Positions 53,865 through 64,000 of a stretch of DNA of 64,000 nucleotides are shown piece by piece (positions within the stretch are counted from its first letter, which is position 1; every line of letters begins with the position of its first letter). The position numbers and the translations under genes were made by a program. A model generated the notes under the pieces. It ran no database searches. It was not told the origin of the DNA and worked only from the letters and a program-made list of their open reading frames with translations. The DNA is taken from the NCBI RefSeq assembly GCF_963921235.1, contig NC_086097.1, forward strand, positions 91,700,001 to 91,764,000. The letters run 5' to 3'. Source of the DNA: Mobula hypostoma (taxonomy: Eukaryota).

Positions 53865-54825
53865 AATAATTTCCAAGACCTAGGCCTCAATATCTCCTTG
53901 TGCAAGTAGATTATCGATTTCCTCACATGCAGACCCCAGTCAGTTTGGATTTGCAACATTTTCTCCATAATCACCACCAGTACAGGAGCACCACAGGATA
54001 TGTGCTTAGCCCCCTGATCTACTCACTTTATACTTATGAATATGAGGCCAAGAACAGCTCCAATGCCATGTTTAAGTTTGCTGACATCACCAATGTTGTT
54101 GTCCTGATCAAAGGTGGTGACAAATCAGCATATACAAGCAAGACTGAAAATTGGCCATAACAATAACCTTTCACTCAATGTCAGCAAAACCCAAGAAATG
54201 ATTATTGACTACAGGAGGAGGAAACCAGAGGCCCATCAGCCAGTCCTCATCAGAGGATCAGAGGTGGAGAGGGTCAGCAGCTTCAAATTCCTTGGTGTTA
54301 AAATTTTAGACAGTCTATCCTGGTCCAGCACATAATTGCCATTACAAAGATAGCATGGCAACACATCTACTTAATTAGAAGTTTGCAAAGATTTGGCATG
54401 TCATTTAAAACTTTGATAAACCTTTACAGATGCATGGTGCAGAGTATACTGATTGGTTGAATCACGGACTAGTATGGAGACACCAATGACCTTGAACTGA
54501 AAAGCCCACAAAAAGTAGTGGATACAGCCCAGTTCATCACAGGTAAAGCTGTCTCCACATTGAGCACATCTACAAGAAGCACTGTCACAGGAAAGTAACA
54601 TCCATCATTAAGGACTTCCCCCATTAAAGGCCATGCTCTTTTCTCGCTGCTGTCATCAGAAAGGTCCCACACCATCAGCTTCAGGAACAGTTATTACCCT
54701 TCAACCAACAGGCTCCTGAACCAGATGGGATAACTTCACTCACCGACCACTGAACTGATTCCACAACCCATGGATTCACTTTCAAGGACTCTTCCACTCA
54801 TGTTTTCAATATTTATTTCTTATTT
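53865..54825 (+). mobile_element. Rex1/Babar-like LINE RT and 3' end (UTR resumes at about 55738)
   Basis: GYVLSPLIYSLYT, KFADITNVV, NNLSLNVSKTQEMIIDYRR, VSSFKFLGV. Confidence 0.85.
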
Positions 54826-55737
54826 CTTTCTCTCAGCTCAAACTGATAAAACCCAAGGTATGGGCACAGCCAAGCACACTCATTTGTCAATTGCTAGGAA
54901 CTTTCAGACGATTCTAGTGGTGTTTAGTATTGTGGCTTTCTGGAGATTTACTTAGATATTACTGTGTAGCCCTAACTATTTAATGCTATTGTGTAGTGAC
55001 TTTGGAATGACACTAATTGTAGATTTTGCTATTGGACAATGTATACCTTGCTCACATTCCAAAGTCTTTCTATTTCCTCTTTTAATTCAGCACATTTCTG
55101 AAGTTTTTACTTATTGATTTCTGTAAGTTATGTGTGTTTGGAATGTCTACATCTATTAAATAAGTTGTTCTTGCTTGTTTACCCTGTATTGTTCTATCCG
55201 GACAGTTACAATGGATTGCCCTATCCGTAATAATTGATCGGTCATAATATAATTTGTGGTATTCTGACTCTAAAACTGGGTCAGGCTTGTATTTATAGTA
55301 AGGTGTGATATCATTTACGAGTTTGTATTTTAAGATTTTTCTGAATGATGTTTGCCACTTGATTGTGCCTGTGTAAGTAATCAGATTGTGTTAAACTGCT
55401 ACAGGATCCTGGAATGTGTTGGATTGTTTCTGGTTTCCCTTGGCATTTTCTACATGCATCATCTTGAATTTGTTGGTCTTTTATTATGCATTTTCAATAA
55501 TTTTTTTGTGTTAACCACCTGGTCCCATATTGCCACAAAGAGCCCTTCTGTTTATGGGAAGAGGTCTCCAACTCTGAGCCAGCCGTTTGACGCTTCCTTG
55601 TCGATATCTAGTCTGCTCAGATCTGGGGATGTCTTCCATGGAGGGTCAGGCTCTTCCATTGGTCAACTTTTTTGTCAATAGTGATAATGTCTTCATTTTT
55701 CTGGGTTGTGGTCTCATTTTAGTTTAGTGGTGTATAC
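54826..55737 (-). mobile_element. R4/Dong-clade non-LTR retrotransposon 3' fragment (CCHC knuckle and restriction-like endonuclease)
   Basis: Manual minus-strand translation gives YTPLN, WKSLTLHGRHP, GDLFP*TEG..DQVVNTK, CRKC..ETIQHIPGSC, RHNQVANII, LYYDRSIITD..NCPD and YLIDVDIPNTHN. Confidence 0.85.
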
Positions 55738-55799
55738 TTATTATTATTTTCCTTTTTTGTATTTGCAGAGTTTGTTGTCTTTTGCATACTGGTTGTTTG

Positions 55800-56330
55800 T
55801 CAGAATCAGAATCAGAATCAGGTTTATTATCACCAGCATGTGACGTGAAATTTGTTAACTTAGCAGCAACAGTTCAATGCAATACATAATCTAGCAGAGA
55901 AAAATAATAATAAATAAACAAGTAAATCAATTATGTATATTGAATAGATTTTAAAAAACGTGCAAAGAAGTGAGGTAGGATCCAAAGATTCAATGTCCAT
56001 TTGGGAATCAGATGGCAGAGGGGAAGAAGCTGTTCCTGAATCACTGAGTGTGTGTCTTCAGGGTTCTGTACCTCCTGCCTGATGGTAAGAGAGAGAAATG
56101 GGCATACGTTGGGTGCTGGAGGTCCTTAATAATGGACGCTACCTTTCTGAGACACCGGTCCCTAAATATGTCCTGGGTACTTTGCAGTTAAGTGCCCAAG
56201 ATGGAGCTGACTAGCTTTACAATGTTCTGCAGCTTCTTTCGGTTCTGTGCAGTAGCCTCCTCCCCATACCAGACAGTGATGCAGCCTGTCAGAATGCTCT
56301 CCACTGTACAGGTATAGAACTCCACGGTAC
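55800..56330 (-). mobile_element. Rex1/Babar-like 3' fragment with (CAGAAT)n tail
   Basis: FYTCTVESILTGCITVWYG..NRKKLQNIVK; tail at 55801-55821. Confidence 0.8.
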
Positions 56331-56581
56331 AACTCCACTGTCCATCTTTGTTGTGTATTTTTTTATTGATTCTATTGTATTTCTTTGTATTTACTGTGAA
56401 TACCTGCAAAAAATGAATTTCAGGGTGGTATATAGTGACACATATGTACTTTCTGGGTGGTGGGGTGGAGATAAGTTCCCTCCGCTAACCTGCAGGTCAT
56501 CCTTGGGCAAGGTGTGGCACCTGCTTAGCCCCTCAATCAGGGTCATGTGAAGCCATGGGAGCAGGTGGTGGATGGCCATAT

Positions 56582-57186
56582 TGTTAAAGTTGAATCTGAA
56601 TAAAACTCGGAAGACCAGCTTCTTACAGTTACAACAATTTATTGCACACCCTCCTGCAGGAGTTTGAGACCCAGTTGTCAGAGGGAAGGCACGTAAGTAC
56701 TGCCACCATCTGACAAGTGGGCCCACTCTCTCCGGTTACAGCCATATATTTATACATAGTAAGCCCCATACATTACTGTCGCAAGATGTCATTTGAACTG
56801 GTATGCCCACGAAGTCTGTTGGTGCAAAACTTAATTACTTAGATAAGAGAGTCTGCTAGATCAAGACTTAATGACAGATGGATGTGTTGTCCAGTCCTTA
56901 TCAGTTATTCCCTTTGCCAGGCCCTGACTTAATTACAGATGGATGTTCATTCCTGTCCTTATCGGTGAGTCCTCCTTCCCCTACTCAAACAAGGGTACAA
57001 TGTACAATATTATCAAACTCTCAATGTCTCTCTGCAAACCAAGGAAGAACTAGTATAAGCCAGTTTTTAGCTAACTGCTGAAGACAGAGTTTACTTCAGT
57101 TCAAAAATTCCTATTCAATCCCAATTATTCTTTTAGCCAGAGGTTACATAGGTTCAAAATGATTTTTTTATATCCTCAGTTCCTCA
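56582..57186 (-). mobile_element. Probable solo LTR (605 bp) inserted into the RTE-related repeat
   Basis: TG..CA ends. Minus-strand TATAAA at about 56750 followed by AATAAA at about 56640. It splits the repeat into 56452-56581 and 57187-57415. Confidence 0.6.
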
Positions 57187-57653
57187 GTAAGAGCAGCTGG
57201 TGCACATCACAAGTCCTGATTATGTGACCACTGACGCCAGGCGGACAATCTCTGAAGAGTATTGATAATAGCCTGAGTCACCCGTCTTGTAAAGACATTG
57301 CCCAGAAGAAGGCAATGGCAAAACATTTCAGAAGGAATATTTGCCAAGAACAATCATAATCATGGGAAGACCATAATCGTCCACTTCATGTAACACTGCA
57401 CATAAAGAATGAACAATATCTACTTTGATAATAAATTTAATTTGAACTTCAAAATTTATCTGCAAGTCAAGAAGATCAAGGCATATGGGATCCATGGAGA
57501 CTTAGTAGAATGGAATCAAAATCGGCTCAGTCAATGTCTACAGAAGGTTATAGTGGAGGGGTTTTATTCTGATTGGAGGCTTGTGACCAGTAGTGTTTTT
57601 CAAGAATTACTACTGGGACCTCTGAAGTTTGTGATCAATATAAATGATGTGGA

Positions 57654-58130
57654 ATAAAACTCTTCTTGGGCTTCCAGGTGGGTATAGTTATAGATTTTAA
57701 CCAATGTTTCAATGACAAACTCTGCCATCTTCATTAGGAATGATGACTGGGCTTGTCTGGTCTGGTGGTATATATACCCCCATTGTCCATCCCTCCTGAT
57801 TGGTTCATCCTCATCCAATGGAAATGCCTGGTGAAGGAACCTATCTAAATAAAACTAGAGAAAAAGAATTTTAACCAAGACATAGGTGTCACTGTAAATA
57901 ACAAATAGAATTCAATTGTATACAAGGTGACACAGTGAAAACCTGATTGGATGAGGACTTACTTCATGGAGGTTTAAATACCGCAGGACTAGACCTGACT
58001 AGGCATCATCCCTGATGAAGATGCAGAGTTTGTCATCGTAACATCAGTTAATATCGATACCTGTACCTGGCTGGAAGCCCAAGAAGAGTTTATTCGTCAT
58101 ATATGCCAGGAAAGCACCAGATCCTTTTTC
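57654..58130. mobile_element. Inverted Penelope-type terminal-repeat pair (family B) inserted into a CR1 fragment
   Basis: 57654-57835 is the reverse complement of 57935-58096. TSD ATAAATGATGTGGA (57640-53) / ATTAATGATGTGGA (58131-44). CR1 sequence continues on both sides (57465-57653, 58131-58610). Confidence 0.75.
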
Positions 58131-58614
58131 ATTAATGATGTGGACAGAAAATGTAGCTGGGCGGCTAAGTACGCTTGCCCACAAAAAGAAAATGAGCAGA
58201 GTTGTGGACAGTGAGAAAAGTTGTTAGCATGGGCAGAGATGATAAAATGGAGTTTAATCCAGGCAAGTGCAAGATCAAATACAAGAAGAAAGATAACAGC
58301 AAATGAAAGGACCTTTAGGAACACTGCTATGCAGAGCTATCATCGGGTGCAAGCCCATCGCTCTCTGAAAGTGACAAAATAAGTAGATGGAATGGAGAGA
58401 TGTACAGCATTTTTACTTTCACTGGCAAGGTGTTGAATATAAAAGTTGTAAAGTTATATTGCAATTGTATAAAACTTTAGTATGGCCACAATTGGAGTAT
58501 TGTGTGCTTCTATGTTCGCTGCATTACAAAAGAATGTAGAGGCTTTGAGAGGGTGCCAAAGAGGTTCAATGGGATCTTGCTTGGATTTGAAAGTTTTAGC
58601 TACAAGGCACAGTT

Positions 58615-59540
58615 GGTATTGGTATACTATTGTCACATGCACCAAGATATGGTGAAAGGCTTTTCTTGATAAATGCCATTATGCACTGCATTAAGCTAGA
58701 ATTAGGTAAAACAATACCAATGCAGAATGAAGTGTAGGACACCAAAAAAGGTGCAATGCATATAAACAATAAAGTGCAAGATCATACCGAGGTAGATTGT
58801 GAGGCTGAGTCCATCTTGTACAAAAGGTCCATTCAAGAGTCTGATAACAATGGGATAGAAGCTATTCTGAAGGCTTGTGGTACATGTTTACAGACCCTTG
58901 TAATCTTTTGTCCTCTGGGAAAAAGGAAAAAAGATAATATCCAAAGTGGGAGGGGTCTTTGATTATCCTGGCTGCTTTACTGAGGCAGCGAGCAGTATAG
59001 ACAGAGTCCATAGCGGAGAGGCTGGTTCCTGTGATGTGCTCAGTTGTGCTCACGATTCTGTAGTTTCTTGTGGTCACATGCAGAGCAGGAGCCATATGAA
59101 GCTGTTATGCATCCAGACAGAATACTTTCTGTGGTGTATCAATAAAAAATGGCATGAATTGATCGAGACATGCCAATTTCTTTAGCCTCCTGAAGAAGCG
59201 GAGGTGCTGGTGAGCTATCATGGCTGTGATGTCAGTTCAGTTGGGCCAGGACAGGCTATTGCTGGTGTTCACACCTAGGAACTTGAAACTCTCAACCTCA
59301 CCATCACTGAGGTTTGTGTAGATAGGTTCAGGTAGACAGTTACATGTGTACCACCCCCTCCCCCCAACCCCCTTCAGAGGTCAATGACCAGCTCTTTTGT
59401 TTTGTTGACATTGAGGGAAAGGTTACTGTCATGACACCATGTCATTAAGCTCGCTATCTCCTTCCCGGATTCTGATCCATCATTATTTGAGAGTTGTATC
59501 ATCTAAGTGGTATCACCTGCAAACTAGTAGATGGAGTTGG
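58615..59540 (-). mobile_element. Rex1/Babar-like 3' fragment
   Basis: EHITGTSLSAMDSVYTARCLSKAARIIKDPSH on the minus strand. Confidence 0.7.
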
Positions 59541-59599
59541 AGCAGAATCTGGTCATGTGTGTACCTGCAGCAGAGTACAGGGCAGAGGGTGCAACCTTG

Positions 59600-61695
59600 T
59601 GGAGCAAAAAAACAAGATGGTGGTGTGTATGGACTAAGGAGTTCACTGCCATTGTGATTATCGCTGTTTACATCCCCTCCACCACGTTAGTGCTTGGGAA
59701 GTGCTGCAGGAATTCTATGGTGCAATCTGCAATGTATCACCACCCTCACCCTGCATACTCAGGCTACATATCCATTTTGTTAATCCAACCTTACAGAGCA
59801 CGGGTTAAATGAGTCAACCAGTTCACCCAGAGATCAGGACCTGGCCAGAAGGTGCCACCTCAGAGCTATACGACTGCCTTGAAAGCACAGACTAAAGCAT
59901 ATTCAGGTAGGCGGTTACCTATAACCATCATGTCAGCATTGATGAATATGCAGGATCGGTGACTGGCTACATAGGAAGGTGCACGGTAGGACATTACCAT
60001 GATTAAACACGATACTCTAGGGCAAACCAGAAACCATGGCTGACTGTAGAGGTTCAGGTACTTCTAAGGGATTGGGACACTGCCTGTAGATTGGGGGACA
60101 GGACGGCTCTCAGGTCAGTGAGAGTCGCACTCTCCCATGCCATCAGGAAAGCTAAGTGTGAGTATGCACAGAAAACCCACAGTCACCTTTGTGACACCAG
60201 GGAGATGTGGCACATATGAAAAGGTAAACAAACTATGTATCGAAAGCGACATCTCCCGTCCTGATAAGCTGAATGCTTTCTATGCACAATATGACCAATT
60301 GAATGATGTGCTATCAAGGAAATCCCCCTTTCTTCCTGAGGAACAGGCATCTTGTCTGGTCACAGCCAAGGTGAGGAGGATCCTAACCAGGGTAAACCCA
60401 CACAAAGCTGCAGGGCCAGACAACATACTGTACTAGTCAAGTGCTGAAGACTGTGCGGCCCAACTAACAGAAGTCTTAACGGACATCTTTAACATTTCTC
60501 TGAAACAGTCCACTGTCTCTGCAGGCTTCAAGGCAGTTACCATCATTCTGGTGCCCAAGAGAATAATAGGAACTGGCCTAAATGATTACTGCCCTGCAGC
60601 AGTGACTTCAACAATCGAGAAGTGCTTTAAGCCGCTGGTAATGGATGGTATAAAATCCCACCTTTCAGCTACATTGGACCCTTTCCAGTTTGACTACCAC
60701 ACAGATCAGTCCACTGATGTCCACAGCCTTGGCCCTCCACTCTGTCCTGTCCCACTTAGGAAATGATGCCTCGTATGCCAAGATGCTGTTCATCGATTTC
60801 AGCTCGGCGTTTAACATGATCGTCTCTCAGAGGCTGGTGAGTAAACGGTCTTCATTGGGACTCAACACCCCTCTCCGCAACTGGATCTTGGACTTCTTGA
60901 TGGAAAGACCTCAGACATTCCGAGTTGGCAGCAATATCTCAAGCTGCATCATGTTGATCATTAAGGTGTTTCTATCCTGGTGTTCGCTGCTGACTCATGA
61001 CTGCACGGTCAGAGTCAGCTCAAACTTCATTACTAAGTTTGCTGATGATACAACAGTGGTTGGCCTCGTCAACAAAAATGATGAGTCAGCAAACAGAGAG
61101 GAGGTAGAAAGGCTTGTCAAATGGTGCAAGAACAACAACCTGAGTTTCAACATGGACAAGACAAAAGAGATGATTGTGAACTTCAGGAAGGCACAGGTCA
61201 ACCACCCTCATTGCTCATCAATGGCTCTCTGCCATGAAGAGCACGAAGTTCCTTGGTGTGCATCGAACAGATGATCTAACCTAGCCCCACAACACCTCCT
61301 CACTAGTCAAGAAGGCACAAGAATATCTAAACTTTCTGTACAAATTGAGGTGTGCAAAGTCCCCACCTCCATTCTAACAAATTTCTACAGGAGCACCATC
61401 CAGTGTGTCCTGTCTGGCTGCATCATTGTGTGGTAAAGAAGCTGCAAAGCGTCAGACTGCAAGACCCTACACAGGACAGTAAAAACCACTGAGAAGATCA
61501 TCGGGTCTCTCGCCCCACTATTTGTGACATTTACCAGCTGCATTGCAGATGAACAGCCCAAAGCATTGCTGGGGATCCCTTCAACTCTCCCACAATCTCT
61601 GTTCTGCTACCATCAGGAAGGAGGTACAGGAGCATCAGGACTAGGACTGTCAGACTGGGTAACAACTTCCTCCCTCAGCCTTGAGACTCATGCAT
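59600..61695 (+). mobile_element. Rex1/Babar-like LINE ORF (end of endonuclease, RT, C-terminus), degraded
   Basis: [63 protein letters not shown]. Confidence 0.88.
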
Positions 61696-61704
61696 ACTCT
61701 GCTA

Positions 61705-62240
61705 CTAGGACAAGGTTGTCTGGAAGGTTGGAGCTGATGTCTACCATGACCAGCCTCTCAAACCACTTCATTATGGTAGATGTTGGAACCACTGGGCAGT
61801 AGCCATTAAGAGACGTTATCTTGATTTTCTTGGGTACCGGGATGAGAGTGGAATTTCTTCAAGATGGAGGGAACCACAGCCTGAAGGATGGAGAGGTTAA
61901 AAATATTTAGCAGTTAAAAAGATACCCAGCAGTTGATCTGCACAGAGTCTAAGAACACAGCTGGGTCGCTATCTAGATCTGATGCTTTTCGTGGGTTCAC
62001 CCTCAGGAAGGCTTAATCTTACATCCGCAACAGTAACTGAAAGCCCAGGCGCACTGAATACTGTCAGGGTGCATGGTGACATACCTGTCCCATTTTGTTC
62101 AAAGCATGCACAGAATGTGTTAAACACATCACAAAGGGGTTTGTTGTCAGTGATGCTGCCTGACTTAGTTTTGTAACCCTTTATGTATTTTGCCAAAGCT
62201 GATGGCTGGACTGAGACAGTCTCTTAGCATCTCTGATAGC
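61705..62240 (-). mobile_element. Rex1/Babar-like internal fragment in opposite orientation
   Basis: Minus strand GYKTKSGSITDNK..FNTFCACFEQ..VTVADVRLS; LNGYCPVVPTSTIMKWFERLVM. Confidence 0.7.
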
Positions 62241-64000
62241 TGGTTGGACAATCTGGGATTGCTTCTGCTGGGGCATCAGCAGCTGAGTGGCAATCTGATA
62301 AAAGTACATAAAATTATGAGGGGTCTAGATATGTAAATTGAGTCTTTTTTAGTGCTTGGTACGTGCTGATAGGGGAAGTGGTAGAAGCAGAGGTGGCAAC
62401 AACTTTTAAGTGGCATTAAGACAGAATCATGAACACGCAGGGAATAGATCACATGCAGTCAGATGTGTAGTTTAAATTGGTATCATGGTTGGCACAGCCA
62501 TGATGCCAATTTAAACAGCACATTTGCCTGCACATGATTCTGCTTCTTTGGCTTTACTAAGTTTTGTGGTCTAGATGCTATATGAATCACTGACCACTTC
62601 CATTTTTTTTTAAATTTCCCAGCTTCCACTGAACTTTGCCACATGCTTCGAGCGCAATGCCTGCAGAACAAGGCAAAAAACAAAAAATATATATTTTAAT
62701 TAGCTAACAGATTAAATCAGAGAGGGAGAAGACTTTTTCTACAGAATACATCAAAGGACGGTTCTTAAAGCATCTTTGTACCAATCTTTTTGCATATTGA
62801 CAGACTCTGAATTTTTTAATGGTCCTTCAGCCTTTTTCGGCTCAGGCACTTTTAGTTTTGCAACTACAATTCATATTGCACTTTCTGTACCATCATTAGC
62901 CATTATTGTTCAACACTTTTAACCAACCACAGCAGAACACAGTGAGCAGAGGTCAAATTCCAAGCTGCAGTGACGTGCATAAACAGGAGCTATGTACCAT
63001 CAGGCAGTCAGCTAGCTGGTGCAGTGTGGAACGATGCAACAAACCTATTAGTCTGGCTTGACCGTGTGCAGACTGCAGCAGGATGTGTTGTAAGATTAAT
63101 CATGACAAACCTGCCTTCTAATTAAAATATCCTTCACTACCAAAGTGAAAATTACCAGAGTGAAAACAAGCAAACAAGCTTGTGGAGAAAAGCTTTTTTT
63201 AAAATATGTTGTACGAAGAGTTCCCTACAGCAACACAGAATTCAATTCAGAATCATATACTGCTGTATTGCTTTAAAATTATTAACATAAAATTGTTTGT
63301 CAATACGAGGTTTTTTTCCTGTCCTGATGCAGTTTCATAAGGAATTAATCCTCATTAATTTGTGGCAGTGTTTTCAAAGTTTTATTTAGTTTTACTGGAT
63401 TTTATCAAACTCAATGTGCAATACAAAGTGTACAGGAAAATGAAAGCAATTAATCATGTTTAACATTAATTAAATAGCTCTCACTGTTAAAACCAGAATA
63501 ACACTTTTGTTTCCTACTCCCAAAAATCTGCTTTATCCAATACTGAAGACAATTTGGTTCAGAGACAAATTCAGTTTGCTGCAGTGTTTCTATTTTCACC
63601 TTAAATAAATCTCTTACAACCAATTTTTATCTTTTCTGTACAGTGAACAATTGAATTTTACAACAAACATGATGACCTTCAGGGACTTCAGCAGATAGAA
63701 AGAATCATGAAAAAAATCAGACTTAGTGAGGTGCTCCCAACCATTGTTGGGTCCCCCTGACACAGAGGAAGACAACATGCCAACCACTCATAAACAATGA
63801 CAAATATTTTATATCCAGCTTGACTTTGGTTGTTTTAAGACCTGTGAAATCATTTCACTGCTCCTGGGTTGTAAAAAATCATTCACTGCTTCATTTGGTA
63901 GTGAAAATAATCATTATGTAAGTTTTTAAATTACCTGTGTGGTTTAAAGAATCGAGGGGTGGCACTGTATGCCACGTGCCAATGAAGTTTTTACCTGTAC

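Noticed and set aside
63668..63731. C/D snoRNA (ATGATGA box C) within the duplicated element
   Set aside because: No terminal CTGA box D, the motif is not kept in the other copy, and it is antisense to the host gene.

Overview
Vertebrate nuclear DNA, most likely a cartilaginous fish (shark or ray). That is an inference from the CR1-dominated repeats, V-SINE/HE1-like and DeuSINE remnants and Penelope families. The only host coding sequence I can support is one 88-nt minus-strand exon (8613-8700) encoding [29 protein letters not shown], which is PACS2 exon 2. The rest of the window is therefore mostly intron: >55 kb of intron 1 and the start of intron 2, packed with transposable elements. These include several CR1 LINEs (one near full length with an open SGNH-esterase ORF1), Rex1/Babar, L1, RTE and an R4/Dong fragment, Penelope elements with hammerhead-ribozyme motifs, two Tc1 IR/DR transposons, a decayed PNMA-like Gypsy element, two solo LTRs, tRNA-derived SINEs and a TIMM17B retrocopy. 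Most notable: (1) a Sleeping Beauty-like transposon with two right arms; (2) TSD-flanked fold-back Penelope mini-elements from two hammerhead families; (3) a Gypsy element carrying both a Tc1 and a CR1 insertion; (4) an R4/Dong fragment in a TAA tract. I found no evidence of a wholly new multi-gene system. All family calls come from recalled motifs, not database searches.
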